Source: Klebsormidium nitens (taxonomy: Eukaryota; Plantae; Klebsormidiophyceae). Taken from it: a stretch of DNA of 64,000 nt. The notes under the pieces were generated by a model. The model searched no databases and had not been told where the DNA came from. It saw only the letters and a program-made list of their open reading frames with translations. Made by a program: the position numbers and the translations under genes. Location: the NCBI GenBank assembly GCA_000708835.1, contig DF237403.1, forward strand, positions 1 through 64,000. Reading direction: 5' to 3'. Below, one piece after another: positions 23,701 to 36,898 of the stretch (position 1 is the stretch's first letter; the number at the start of each line of letters is the position of its first letter).

Positions 23701-24370
23701 TAATTGTTGAAGAACTCGCTCTCAGTAACGTACAACCAGAAGTCCTGCAGACAAAAAGCTTGATCAGACTGCGGCATCGTTGTAAGTAGAAACGAACTGG
23801 CTCTCAGAAGCATACAACCTGAAGTCCTGCAGATTCAAAGGAGGGACAAATCTTAGGAATTGCACGCTTGTCCATGATTGAGCCCAACATGTGGCAGCAA
23901 TAGGAGTTCGAGAGAGGTAATCTGGACAAAGTCAAATCGTGACATAATATCACAGCGACGTCGGAAAGTTCACGTGATCGATGCAGATCTTGACAGAGAA
24001 ACGATTTACCTTAAATTTTGGACAACTAGAGCTTTCACTAGGCTGACAAGATCTTTCACAATCACATTCAAATTAACAGGAAGCTCTTGACTTTGATCAC
24101 AAATCTGGAAAAAATGCAGCATGACAAGATAGTGACAAGCAATGCCGGTAACAGCAAACGTAAGGAGCGCACCACTTTCTCTCCCTTGCTGAAGAGGTTG
24201 CTTGTGAGCTTTGCAGGATCCGCGGACTTCTTCGGTGCCATGAATTGTTGTGCTACAAAGTAGATGACGATGTACGTCATGATCTTCTGCAACCACCCTC
24301 CGCCTTGCTGCTGCGGCTGTGCAGGGCCTGCCCCTCCGGCCGTAGCTACTTGGGCTTGAGGTGGCGCCAT
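17761..24370 (-). CDS. CLPTM1: Cleft lip and palate transmembrane protein 1 homolog (CLPTM1 family), about 669 aa, 10 exons
   Basis: Exons 24370-24173, 23744-23598, 23318-23204, 22867-22549, 22148-21875, 21526-21433, 20601-20411, 19512-19293, 18739-18572, 18044-17761. Intron 2 is GC-AG. Motifs NNGSLWGHAFFARSG, SFWRPNVTINLV, FINDFWLL, EGNPWLLGLT, FDFLAFKNDIQFW, MTPQLFINYKLKSVAHLPWR, YKFLNTIIDDLFAF, YPVDKKRVNEFG. Confidence 0.96.
19600..19850 (-). repeat. Two upstream echoes of the CLPTM1 exon 8 acceptor and first ~45 coding nt
   Basis: On the - strand, GTGCAG|GTCGGTCGGTGGGGCTC.TTCCCGATCCTGGTGTT.AAGGACAAG occurs at 19512 (used), 19670 and, more diverged with AG changed to AC, near 19826. Confidence 0.88.
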
Positions 24371-24639
24371 GGCGCTCCAATTGCGAGCCGATTGTGTGCT
24401 CAGAACGAAGCGCCCTGATGAAAGTTGTCCAACAACATTCTAGAACCTCGCACCTGCTGCCTCTGCACACAGCCGGTCTGCATATGACTCTGAGGCTTTG
24501 TTTGACTCGGCGCTCTCAGCTCGCGCGCGCTGTTTCTTTTCAGTGTCATTATCCAAGAGGGGGTTCGGTATTTCAGGTTTGCATTTAGGTTTAAAACCTA
24601 GTCGAAAGAAGCCTTTGAAGTCCCGAAGGTTAGCCAAGT

Positions 24640-24655
24640 CGCCCTAAACCTAACC
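24640..24655. promoter_or_regulatory. Telo-box-like motif (CCCTAAACCTAA) in the divergent CLPTM1/LysM promoter
   Basis: CCCTAAA at 24642-24648, between the two start codons (24370 on -, 24879 on +). A short motif, so it could occur by chance. Confidence 0.3.
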
Positions 24656-24878
24656 TCGCCCGCTCACCCCAACTGTTATTGATAGATTGTTTGATGCGCG
24701 GCGCGCGCGAACATCGTGCTAGTCTGCAATGCAGCTCTGCTCAGCTCTGCTGAGTCCTCGTTCAATTTCAAATCAGTCGGGGAGCAAGGGGGAAGCGTCT
24801 GAAGCGTGCCTCGCATTCTGAGTGCACAAACCAGTCTTTGCCTGACGTTTAAGCGTCAAGGTCGTCTTTAAAGGAACA

Positions 24879-26467
24879 ATGGCGAGCGCTGCGGCAGGCC
24901 AGTCACCGGCGGAGAAGAAGGGGGCCAAGGCCGATGCAAACAACAATGAGATGATTGCAAAGGCTGCAGGCGTCGTCATTGCTGCAGGCATAGGCCTGAC
25001 GCTTTTGAAAGCAGGTTAGGAATCTTACCAACAGAGCCTACTGGGAGTGGCGCTCGCTGCCACTTGTGCAGCATTCGCTTGGTGCCACATTCTCTTCCAC
25101 GCAAGGCATGCAGGCAAAGAGCTCCACTTACATTCCGAGTGCATTGCAAGTGCTAATTTCCAAGTTTGATTTTGCTGAACTGATTGGATGCTCTTCGTTC
25201 CCTTTACCATTCCAGGCCGCAAGAAGAAGGTGAACAATGAGGTCGTCATTGACACACCCGACATTGATGACAGCAAGTCACAAGCAGCAGATCTGGCGTC
25301 GGAGGCTGAACACAAGACCAAAGGCTTCTTCGGCAGGGTGGAGAAGAAGGTGAACCATGCTGGCTCCCGGGCGGAAGATGGCGCCAAGCAGGGGCAGAGA
25401 GATGCAAAAGGTGCGCCGGCTTGATTGGTTGCCCCGGGTTCTGTTTGCAACTTCTAGCGCTCTCGACGTCGCAACTTCTACATCTTGAAAGTCCCTGGAG
25501 TAATGAATATCATTCCTGTAGCACTAGTTTAGGCTATATTTCGACTTTGTTACAAATCCAAGACGTTGCTCAATCACTCGGTCAATGTGGGGGCGGCCAC
25601 AGTGTTGCCACGTAATGCACAGAAGCCATTCGCTCATCCAGTGTATGAATCGAATGGGAGCAAACAAAGCGACAGCTAAAAATGTGGGTCTATGCACATT
25701 TCACCTGCTCTCCCTTTTGCCGCAGCCAATGCTGACAAGGCCTCCCACGAGTTGAAGAAGGTGGGGCATGAGGTCAAGGAGTCAGCTGACAATGCTGCGA
25801 AGAAGACCGGTGGATTCTTCAGCAGGAAGTCCCATGAGGCAGCGGATCAAGTCAAGAGTGCTACTCCTACTCTGAAGGTAAAAACTGGCGCATCTATGTC
25901 CCAGCAGATATTTCTGAGATGATCATCGGACAGTTCCCTGCACACTGCTGAGCAAGAGCTCGGTTGTAATGCAATTGTCAGACTGCGCAAAATTAAAAAA
26001 GTATGGTTGGCAATTCACTGAAGTCTGTGAACAATCTGCCTGCATTGATTGTTTGCTCTCGATGGTATTTCATTGCCCCTTTGCTTTCACAGGCCAAAGG
26101 CACCAAGGCCAGATTGTACCCGCCCAACTTCTTATGCATTCTCCTTTCTGTGCTTTTAGACGCACACCATCAGGCAAGGCGACACCCTCTGGGGGCTCAG
26201 CAGGGCGTATGGGGTAAGGAAATAAATATCATCAGTAGCATAGTTATGCGGCCTTGTCAACTATATGAAGCTGCTAGACTTTCTTGCTTTGCAAGTTGTT
26301 GAAGCTCTGCAGTATCATTGCAAAGAAGCCATGAGGGAAGATGACTATCTTTATTGACCTTTACCATCATTCTGCAGGTTGCTGTGGAGGACATCAAGAA
26401 GGACAATTTCCTCGCGTCAAGCAACCTGGTTCCAGGTCAGACTCTGTCTATCCGAGTGAGGAAATAG
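24879..26467 (+). CDS. LysM-domain protein with an N-terminal membrane anchor and LEA-like repeats, about 208 aa, 5 exons
   Basis: Exons 24879-25014, 25216-25410, 25726-25877, 26160-26213, 26378-26467. The last two exons give THTIRQGDTLWGLSRAYG|VAVEDIKKDNFLASSNLVPGQTLSI, a canonical LysM motif. Hydrophobic segment AAGVVIAAGIGLTLL is followed by GRKKK. Confidence 0.88.
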
Positions 26468-27412
26468 AGAGCTGCCAACTTTACTTTTTAGTTGCTCCCT
26501 CTGGAAATCTTAGAAAACCACGTAGCTTTGTCTGGTAGTACATGGAAGAATATTCTTGCAACTGCAGAGGCAATGAGGGAGGCTACCAATTAGCAAAGAG
26601 CAGGCAATTCAGAGCACTTAGCATGTGAACCTCTTAAGAAGTGAGCTACTGACTAAAAAGATCGTGCCTCATTGTGTGAGGCGTGACTAGTATTGGCAAT
26701 CTTACGCGCGTTTCGAGAGTGATTGGATGCAGAGTCAGTTTTGCAAGGGCCAACTAAATAGGTGCCGGAGCAGAATTTGCAAGCAACATTGGCAACGGCA
26801 CTAAAGTGAGGTTCCAAGCAACATCGTGGGGCCTTGCGCTGGCAGTTTTTTGCCACCTTGAAGGCGTCCACTTGCAAGTGGGTGTCACACGTTGAGTCAT
26901 GGTACTAGACTCGATCACGAAAATTTGTCATACTGCAAATTTTAGTCTGATTCATGCATAGGGGAACGTGGTGACGGAAGTATGCACATGCATGCACAAT
27001 GGTTCATGCGCACCCATAGACTGTGTAGATAGCGTTTTGAAACCGCTTGCCGCCCCATGACGGCCCGCTATACGTAGAAAGAAATAAATAGATACCCGGG
27101 CGCGCACATTTGACGAGCTATGAATAACATATACGTCAATGCCGTGTCTAACGTACCACACGCCGATCCTAATGTGTATGCCAATATCCTTTAAACATAG
27201 TGTCGGATATGACCACGAAACGCGTCCATGTGCTATAGTTAGTCTGGCCTTTATGCATATGATTGCATGTTATTGGCAACCCGGCATGAACTGCATGCGT
27301 GAATACGGGGTCTTGGCAGTATGCAGTTTGACAGTCTAGCACTGAGCGAATGGGTTAGCTGCGGAGTTAACTGCGTGTACCATTGAATCTGACAACGGCC
27401 AGACCTACTCGA

Positions 27413-30311
27413 TCAATCACTTGACTCTATGAAGCTGCACACAATCTGCTGCAAATCTTCCCTATGTCTTGAGTATCGGTGATCAGCCCCCTCGACAAGA
27501 ACGAGCGCATGGTTTGCGATGACCTTATCAAAGGACCTGCCATCGTCTACGGGTATGGTTTCGTCCGCAGTTCCGTGCACGGTCAACACACGAACGTTTT
27601 TCTGAATCGTTCGAGCTGCTTTTTCTATGCTGATGCACAGTCGTTCTTCTAGACTCTTCTTGGTTACCCGGTAATTTACGGCACCTGCAACAAAGAGGAC
27701 GGGTTGTGCTCGAGGTCGAACTGGAGCTTGTATTCATTGGCGATGGGCTCTGCACGAGCTATAGATTGCTCAGCACAGACATGACGAGCAAGTGAGTCTC
27801 CTACTCGATCGAGTATCTTCCGAAATCTCGTGAGACTCGCCAACGGACAGGTCTGCAGTAAGGCCGTGATTGGGGCACAGATCATAGCGCCCTTTTGCTA
27901 GAGAGGTGCGCATTTCATTCGCAAGCCATACTCTATTTAAGAGGCAATCACCCCACCTCTCATCCTAAACTGTGTTCGAGGGTCAAAGCAGACATGTCAT
28001 TGGAAAGAGGATCCGCTTTGTGGTCTTGCGTGCTTCCACCATTTGGACCGCTACGTCCATATAACATTGAATCCATCGACTCAACAAGTGGTGCCAGGCA
28101 GCATCGGATACCGATAACATGCAGAGATGTTTGTGATTCGCCTCCTATACTACGTGGAAGACACAAAGCCTTTTGACTGATCGCGCCTGATTGAAACAAC
28201 GAGGGGGTTGCCGCAAAACCTGGCAAAGAAAGCCACCGGAAAGGGATGCTGATGGAAGGAAAAACTCACCCTGTGAATCCTTGACGTCCCAATAACCATG
28301 TTCCGCAATTGCTGCCAGGCCCTCTTTCCCGAACCGTTCTTCCACTCCTCGAGACAGGTCGAACCTTCCGGAAACATTCACGACAATTGGGACGTCCCCG
28401 TACTTGGCAGCATATAGAATGACGACGTCACCGCCTGAATAAGACAGTCATGCAGTAAGACTTTGCGAGTTGGACCATGTACAGACTTTGCGAGTTTTGT
28501 ACCATGTACAGTCACACACACAGTCGAACTAGGACAGGTTAGTTGTCGCGAGAGTCTTGAATTTAGCTCAAGGTTGACACGTACTGCTGTACTGTACCCA
28601 AGTAATTGCTTGTGGAAGGCATCTTGTGAAGTGTGACTGTGCTTCATTCTAGAACGAAAACGAACTGGGGTAGGGACCTTGAGAAAGTAAAAGGAGGAAA
28701 CGGAAAGGACGGCATCTTGACCTTGAATCTAGTCTGTGCAATCCTTTGTTTTTCCTTTGCATTCGACTTTTACAAACCAGAATCTGTCGCTCACTTTCAA
28801 CAGGCCAGTCCAGAAGGAACTGACGTATATCATTTGCAGTGCTGTTTCTTTGTAATTCGTTGTGGGCAAAACACAGGGAAACGGCAGTTTTCTTGATCTT
28901 TTCCTGATGCTTGTTGCAACTCGTGCAATTTTTACGTCTGAATCACCTTTGCTGTGGCCAAGGACGGCTTTGACAGACCGCTTCTTGACCCCACGTACGA
29001 ATCCAACAACTGAGCGTAGATCTTCCACCTCCTTCCAGTAATTCCCAAACTCAAACTCGCCTCCACTTTCCCCGTTGCCACTGCAGTCAACACACCAGTT
29101 GGCTCTTAGTAACGTTCTCTACAGCACACTACTAAACAATACTATAAGCAGAAGGAAAGAGCAGGACATCTTCAGAGCCAAGCACATGTCACCGACAATG
29201 ACAGAAATTCCATCTGACATTGTCATCAGGAAGGATGGTTCTTCAAAGTGTTTCAGCTTCACTTTGAATAGACTACGCGGTCTGCGCGGTAGGAAAGGTG
29301 CTGAGGATATAGCAGAAGGAGCAGGTTGAACATCATCATGGAGTAGAGTCCTTTGTGGACAAAGACTCTAGGGTGCTTTCTCCTGACTCTTTCAGGCTTG
29401 GATATGATGCCTTTGGATGCTTATTTAAGCTGCATAAGGCTGTCAAAGCAAATCTTAAAGTTCATCCCGCAGTCACAGATTCTCCTCACCTGAAGTCAAA
29501 GCGGAGGACCCCGAACCCCGCTTCCACGAGTCCAGGTACAATTGTCTGAAGGGTACTGCTTCGCTTAGAGGAGAGGAAGCCGTGGCAGAGAATGACCACA
29601 TCTCCATCTGGGGGCCCTTCCAGCACTCCAGCCAGCTTCTCATCTTCCTTGTTTGCAATCTCGATCACCTCTGCATTCGTGCAAGCCAGATCGATCATCC
29701 TCAGGATAAATCTGTTCTCAAACTCAAGCTGAGAGCATCACCACAGCTTGCATGGAATCAGTTACATATCAGCAATTCTGGATCATCCAAGATGACAGGA
29801 GGGAAGCTGAAAACTTGCAATGGGATTGGGGGCCCCTCCCTTGCACTTCCTGTTTGGGACGACCGAACTCACCCCAGCTGATATTCAACTTCCTGTGGTT
29901 CTACGATCAGAGACGGTGCATCTGCAGCTGGTGCTCAATCCACAAGACTATCCTTCAGCATTCAGGTCTTTGGTGAGTCAAAGCGCCTCCAGTCTGCTGA
30001 CCTTGATTAATAGATGATGATTCCATTCCTGCAGATGCCTTTGACTGCAGTCCCTTCACATCAGTACTCTGTGACCTCCGCTTCCGCAGCTCAGCTTGCA
30101 AACCAACAAGAGATCGTCTCGGAACGTGACACCCGCGGACTCCCTTCGTTGAACAAAGCTCTCTCCAAAGTAAACAGATCTTGCCACTTCTTCCGCATAC
30201 AATCTGAGCTCTACTAGATTGACCATTTGAAGGAACACAAGCTACATTTTGCAAGAGAGTGAAGCTGAGTGCTGAAGTACAAGCTGCGCTGCTCGCGTGA
30301 ATCATGCTCAT
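27413..30311 (-). CDS. Alpha/beta hydrolase (serine esterase family) with N-terminal presequence, about 353 aa, 5 exons
   Basis: Exons 30311-30002, 29670-29490, 29080-28947, 28434-28270, 27684-27413. Motifs VVILCHGF, LRFDFSGNGESGG, GHSKGG (nucleophile elbow), VLTVHGTADETIP (Asp), VEGADH (His). Exon 1 is Ser/Arg-rich and poor in acidic residues; its assignment is less certain. Confidence 0.92.
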
Positions 30312-30887
30312 CCAGCACTTCCTAGAACAGGACTAGGTAAGCAATTTGGAGCTGGCAAAGAGGACCTGCCTGTCGATTTGAGTGCCTGTCATGCAATCTG
30401 CTAGCTTGCATCTGCTGCCAGCTGTGTTCTGTGCACGACTTTTTTGATCTCGAATAAATTTGAAATTTGGAGAATAAAGACTCGACGGTCCTTTGGCACG
30501 GGCTGCCGGTTCTCAGTGAGATGGGCGAGAAACACCCGAGGATATTGACCGCCTCGAGAGACGTTTCTTGATTGCACGGGAGCACTTCTGGGAGAATTTT
30601 GCAGCTCAACGACCGAGGAGACTCGAGAGTGTGGAGAAAGCTGACAAGCTGACAGTGAGAGTCAGATGCAAGGAGCAAGGTGCAAATTACTAGTAGTCAA
30701 ATTGTTTTCCTGAGCGAAGAAGAGCACTGAGCAGCTTGTGAACAGCTTTCATTGTCAAGAGATCTCCGCAAGCCTGAGCATATTTGGCTATCAGCAGGTG
30801 CGCCAGCTTGAAGTCCTTCGAGCTGAGCCCATTGAGCCCCGTTTTGCTGGGCCCTTGCTTGGCAGATTAGGAAGGCGCTTTTGAGGA

Positions 30888-33800
30888 ATGGTTTCATTGG
30901 GCAGCTTCAAGCAGCAGAGCAATGCATTTCAGCACTTGCCACTGACTGGTGTTGCTGGCTCCTGTGTCAGAACGCTGCCAATTGTGAAGGTGCCCCCTTG
31001 TCAAAGAACACGTTATGAAAGCATCAGGCAGCAGTGTGTTATGCTCAATGCGAGAACCAGGTCCAAATTTGCTGGAACAGGGGGTGCATTGCAGAACCAT
31101 CACAAGCAATGCCTCATGGAGCAAATCTCTGCACTGACGGCCCATGTGCCGACCAGTCCAAAAAGCCATGCACCTCTCAATACTAGCATCAGCACTCTGG
31201 TTGGCATCAACCCATTCACATGCCAAAGTTTCAGCAGGCGAGCTAGCGATAGATCTGCGAGGCCATCAAAACTCCTGCTTGGTAGATGCTGTGATCCAAG
31301 AACCCAGCGAGGAAGCAATCTTCGCTGCATGATGGATGAACCCAAAACCCAGCCCAACGAAGAGCCCACGCCTTCTTTGGTCGCCCGCTTCTTCAGATTG
31401 TTTTCCAGGAAACAGCAGGCAGGCTCTCCATCTCAAGAAAGCAGCCTTAAAAGTGTGAGCACGGAAGGCCAATTTCAGAAGGATTGCTATCCATGTGTAT
31501 GATTTGATTATCCAAAAAACAAATCAAAGTTTCTGTGTTGAGTGGATGTGTTTTCCCGCAGGAGAGACCAGAGCTGCTTGCGAGAAGGCACTGAGCTTGA
31601 TCCTAACACATACTATTGAGAGAGTGGTCCTCTTTTGCTTGTTGTATCACTCTTTTAATGTTTGGCCAGTTTCTCTTTTTCTTGTGTATCACGGCACACA
31701 AGCTACACCAACTGCTTTGAAGGTGGACAGGACGCCAGTCCTTGCCGAATGATATGGCTTCAGAAAAACGTCTTCTTTTCAGGAAACTATTGCATTGGGG
31801 ATGATACAAACACTACGATTGTATGCAGGAGCTTCGTGCTGGCCCTTTTGAGATCCACCTCCGAGACGTCAGCAGAGTGTATGGGAAGCGAGCTGTCGTG
31901 GATGGGGTCAACCTGAACGTGAAGCAGGGCGAAGTGGTGAGAGTTTCCTTTCTATTCCAGTAGATATGAAGGTCTGAGGGACTTGAAAGCTGGACTCTCT
32001 TCACAACCTTCATGATCACACTTGGAAGGTTTTCCGCTACGTTGCTGCTGATAGCTGATAGAGCCACGCCAGAAGATAAGACCTAGGACGGACTGAGGAG
32101 CCGTTGCCAGACTGCAAAAAGAAGGCCAAGCGACCTTTTCTCAATCGGGATCCCTCTGCCTTTGTTCTCTGCTATCACGCAGAGAACACTGGGGCCTGTG
32201 CTTGGTCCATTTTGGTCGATGTAGCCTTCTCCGTCTGGACCCAAAGTCCATCCGGATCGCGGATCCAGGTTCAAAGATTGGCTCTACAGGGTACTCCGAA
32301 CACTTGGAAAGAGACTCGGACAGTTTTTGGAAGGCCCAATTCCGAACGGTACTCATATGGTCTGCTGACAACTCTCAACAATCCTCCGAGCAACTCAAGA
32401 CGATTTTCAGACGTCCTTTTCGAAGCAATTTGGTCGATATGACGGCGTCTCAGGACTATATCGATAATGCGGATACCCGTTCAGCAGAGCCTGTCTTCTG
32501 CCTTTTTTCAGGTCGGGCTGCTAGGTCCGAACGGCGCGGGCAAGAGCACCACGTTCAACATCACGGTGGGGCGGGAGCGCCCGTCTCAAGGCTGCGTGCT
32601 GCTGAATGGGCGGGACATCACCGCTCTGCCGCTGGCCGCACGAGCCAGGCTCGGAGTCGGCTACCTGACACAGGTCCGTAATCTTGCCAGAGACCGTGAC
32701 CGTGGTCGAATCGCCGTCGAATCGCTTTGCGTGATAAAGCATGGAGGGAGTAATTTTCGGAGGAAGTGACTTCGTTCATCTACAACGTACAACTTTGCTC
32801 AAGAAAGTGTTATCGAATCTGTTCGAAGTGTCTCACACAAGACCGCAGAGGTTGTCTCTACAGGGGCCACATGGAGCCCCATGTGACGTTGTTTGATGTC
32901 GACTTCTCGAAGCTTTCATCGCGCCCCTTGAAAGTGGCCGCTGATCGCAGGCTGGGAGTGCTCTTCATGATTGATCTCGAGTTTTCGATTTCTCGAGGCC
33001 TGTCGCGAAGTCCTCTGTACGAAGAATAGCGTGTCGGCAACTCGCTTTGAGAAAACCAATTAAGAACGAGCGAAATCTTTCAGTATAGGAAAACAATCAT
33101 CGGGAGATATCTCGACCCCCCGAATCGTTCATAAAGCTAAGGGCTTGGGCTGTGTGGTTCAGCTCGTTGGCTTCTTTCATGCATGTTTCTTGTTGTTGTG
33201 CTTTTGAAGGCTCAGGCTTTCCGTTATCAGTCATGACTCATCCACCGTTGGCAGATGCTTTCCGCGCACTTTTAGCCGTTGGCATTCTAGCAGACGAGGA
33301 TTCTGACTCTTGACAAGGCCCGCCCTACTTATGGGCAACTTTGTTGCCTCTCTGGAAACCTTCACGTTCTGCAATGAGGGCGCTTTTCACGGCCAACGAT
33401 CCGTTATCACCCATTGCACTCCGGACCTTCCTTTTTAATCATCGCCGTTTGTCTTGCCTCTTTTTACTTTTCCATCCTCTTTGCGTGAGCCCAGTACGTC
33501 CACTCCTAGAAGCAAATTCATTACATCTTCCCTGTCGATCTTTACCAATTGTCAAATTTTCGTAGTTCTTCCATTTCCCCACATCACCTTGCCGGCCCGC
33601 TATGTGCTCTTCCGCTCTCGTGCCAGGCCCCTCCTTACTCAAAATCAACACTCCTTTTGCAGGAGCCCAGCGTGTTTCGGGGCCTCGTTTCGTCCCTGCT
33701 TGTCCAATTCATATACCAGCTTACACTGAATTCCGCCAATTAATCATTTCGTCTCTTCCCTCCCCCGGCGCCCATCGAAGTCAAAGGCTCCATGAGGCTC

Positions 33801-35835
33801 CTCGTCAGCCAAAAACGTCTATAGTTTCGCAGGAGCCCAGCGTGTTCCGGGGCCTCTCAGTGCGCGACAACCTGCTGCTCATCCTCCAAGAGACGGGCGT
33901 CCCCCGAGCGGAACACGCGGGGCGGACCGAGGAGCTCCTAGCGGAATTCCGGCTGACGCACGTGCAGCACACGAAGGGGGCGGCTCTGTCGGGAGGAGAA
34001 AGACGGAGAACGGTAAGTCGACGTTCGTTCTCTTTCTTTGGTGTTTTCTGTTCCTGAAGCAGAAGGTTGGACTGATTGATCTGAAACTGTCCAACTAGAT
34101 GAACCAGTCCCTTCTGACGTAAAATGCGAAACGCCTCCAGGTTTTGTCCAGGATTCCCTTGTGGAGGGTGTCGCTTCAAACTTGCTGGATCGAGCTTAGC
34201 TTCTTGCGTTCTTTTGCAGGAGCTCGCGCGAGCGCTCGCGTCGAACTGCTCCGGAGGCCCGCCGAGGATTCTGCTAGTGGACGAGCCTTTCGCAGGGGTG
34301 AGCGACGGAACCGCTGCCAAAGTCAGGCGCTTATGGGCAAGGCCCTTAATCTGGTCAACCTTATAGCCTTATAATCAAAACTCGTCATGTAAGGTTTCGT
34401 GATAGTCGTCTCAACGACGTTAGCGAGTTCCATAACATTCGAGTTTTCAACGTTAAGGAAAACACCCATGGTCCAATGGCAGCGGACGCTCCGAAAAAGC
34501 CAACACGCATCAGAGGTCTCGTCACCATTCGCTCTCGCGTCAGCCAACGTCTTGAAACGTCTTTAACCCTTTTCTGATCAACAAAAGCATACGCCCTTCC
34601 GAGTTCTTCTTGGGGTCTCTAAGGAATTGGATCGGTGCTTACTTCTGAAAAGTGAGTGTGATTAGATTGAGTGGGCGAGGGAGACGGAGCTGACGTTGTC
34701 CGGCGCTCTCTTTTGTGCTCAGGTGCACCTAAGGACCGACCAAAGGCAGGAATGACCCGTGCAGTAGTGCAGAAAGGGAAACCGTAGTGCAAGGGGAACC
34801 CTCATTTTGAGTGTTGATTTGTGACTCGTGAAGAAGCTCGTCCGTTGATAAATTCTTAATATCATTGACGGCTGATACTGCGTTTTGTGCAGTCTGAAGC
34901 GCGCGCTTGCGCGGGGCCAGCAAGATTTACTCAGATTCTGAATCACGACTTCTCATAATTGGACACGTGATATCAAGCCTTTGGAAATTTTCTCGCATAG
35001 AAACCAGCTTGTCCTTTCTGCCTGCCAAGCAGTTACCACACGCTTTCGTCACTGAAAGAGCACTGCCACATGTGCACTCAGACCCAGGGCCACATGTGCT
35101 TTGACGAATCACCTACGGCAAAGCCGTTGTACGTCCACGTAGCCGTTTGCGGGAAGGACGTTGAAGGTCAATTGGAAACGTTTTCTCATGTATGCGACCT
35201 GTGCTCTCAGCCCCATTTCCGCCGTTCCGCCATTCCGCAGGTGGACCCGATCGGCGTGGCGGAAATCCAGGCCCTGCTGCGGAAGCTATGCGACGAGCTG
35301 CACATGGGCATCCTCATCACCGACCACAACGTGAGCTCTTTGTTGATACGTCATCCCGGCTGTTGATGACGCCAGCAAGTCCTGACAGGAGTCCAAGAAT
35401 GCTTTGCCTTGGCACCAAGCTGTGCCGCCGAAGTGGGCCGCTGACTTCCAATTCGCGTCTACGACGCGTCTCACCCCACCTCGTTCAATCTGACATCCTC
35501 CTCTTCCTCTTTAACTGAAGAGGTTTGAAAACGTTCAACCGAGACTCAGGTCTTCTTCGAGGGCGAAGTCGTTGGCTCAAAACTGACTTGAGTTGCTCGA
35601 AGAAGGAGGTGATTTCAAACCTGCTTTCTTGCCCGACCAGGTAACGGAGACGCTCAAGATCTGCGATCGTGCGTACATGGTGTTTCAGGGGCAGGTAATG
35701 GCGCAGGGGTCGCCGGAGGAGCTGGTCCGGAATCCCTTCGTCCGGCAATACTACCTTGGGGAAGGGTACAAGCGTCCGGAATCGCAAATGAGTGACGAGA
35801 GCTTCATTGGTTTGAAACAGCCGCCCACATCATAA
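30888..35835 (+). CDS. lptB: LptB-type ABC ATPase (LPS-export family) with a ~195-aa N-terminal extension, about 459 aa, 7 exons
   Basis: Exons 30888-31454 (less certain), 31829-31936, 32512-32673, 33833-34012, 34220-34297, 35241-35330, 35641-35835. Walker [14 protein letters not shown]-loop [15 protein letters not shown], signature LSGGERRR, Walker B/D-loop [13 protein letters not shown], switch [10 protein letters not shown]-terminal VRQYYLG. This motif set is characteristic of LptB. Confidence 0.9.
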
Positions 35836-36898
35836 CTTGAAGCTACTGAAGAAGGATGACGTAGAGCACGCTTGCTTTCTTCTGTCCGTGAAGCGTCACG
35901 ATTTGGAACGAAGCGGCGGAGATTGCTCATATTTCCACTAGTGCGATCGTAGTCAGAATTGCAGACATGCAGAAGGACGCGAGCCTGCCGACGCGCATGA
36001 GCCATCGCTACATGAGCCAGGCTCGTGTCGTGTTTGCTCCACCAGCTGTGCCGCGGATTGTGGAAGGACCGGCCTCACTATGACACGAGTGACCTCGGCC
36101 GTCTCTCTTCTTATGCGATCGCTCTATTCCGCATATGCCAAGAATACAATTTCAGCTTTGTTGTATCGATCAAGTACGAAACATGTTCAATGAGCACGAG
36201 TATGTCGTTCTGACGACGATCTTAAAACGCACATGGCCGAATCAAGCGTTTCGACTCTTGAAATCAAAACATGTCCACATGTACTTGGAGCAACCGCTTT
36301 ATCAGTGACCGCGCATACTAGAATCAATGAGTCTCCGGCTTTCAAAGACCTAGCCAGCCGCACAATAGTCAATGACCAGGGTATCCTCGGCGGTACGTGT
36401 CCTTAGCTGGCATGCCACATGATGCATGTGCCATGCCAGACGGCAGGCCTATATGCATATTCCATTGATACAGGGGCAAGCGACATATGTACCGTCGCAT
36501 CACGCATGCATCAAGAATCGATTTATGAACATGTGCTGCTAGGCGGCTGGACCTTATACACATGCACATGGCGCTATCAAAATATACGGACAGCAATTGG
36601 CCCTGGTCAATACTGGATTGAACAAAAGCAATTAAAATCAAAGAGCTAGTAGCTCTGGGCGGCCGCGGGCCCACGCAGCAACCTAAATTCGCATGCATGC
36701 ACAAGATATCTTTGACATGGCGCGACAGCTGGTGGATGAACTCGACTGAGCACCTTTGATATAGTACTGGCTCTCAGGATCGCTTTCGACAGAAAGTTAG
36801 CAATAATAGCATAAAGTCAGGATATTGGAGTGAGACTCCCCCATGGCTTGTACAGGCCTTCGCGGAGGTGATGACCAAGCACACCAAATCCATGAATA

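Noticed and set aside
26093-26107. Possible 15-nt micro-exon (AKGTK) in the LysM gene
   Set aside because: It has a good acceptor but would need a weak GCCAGA donor, and the gene is in frame without it. Unresolved without cDNA.
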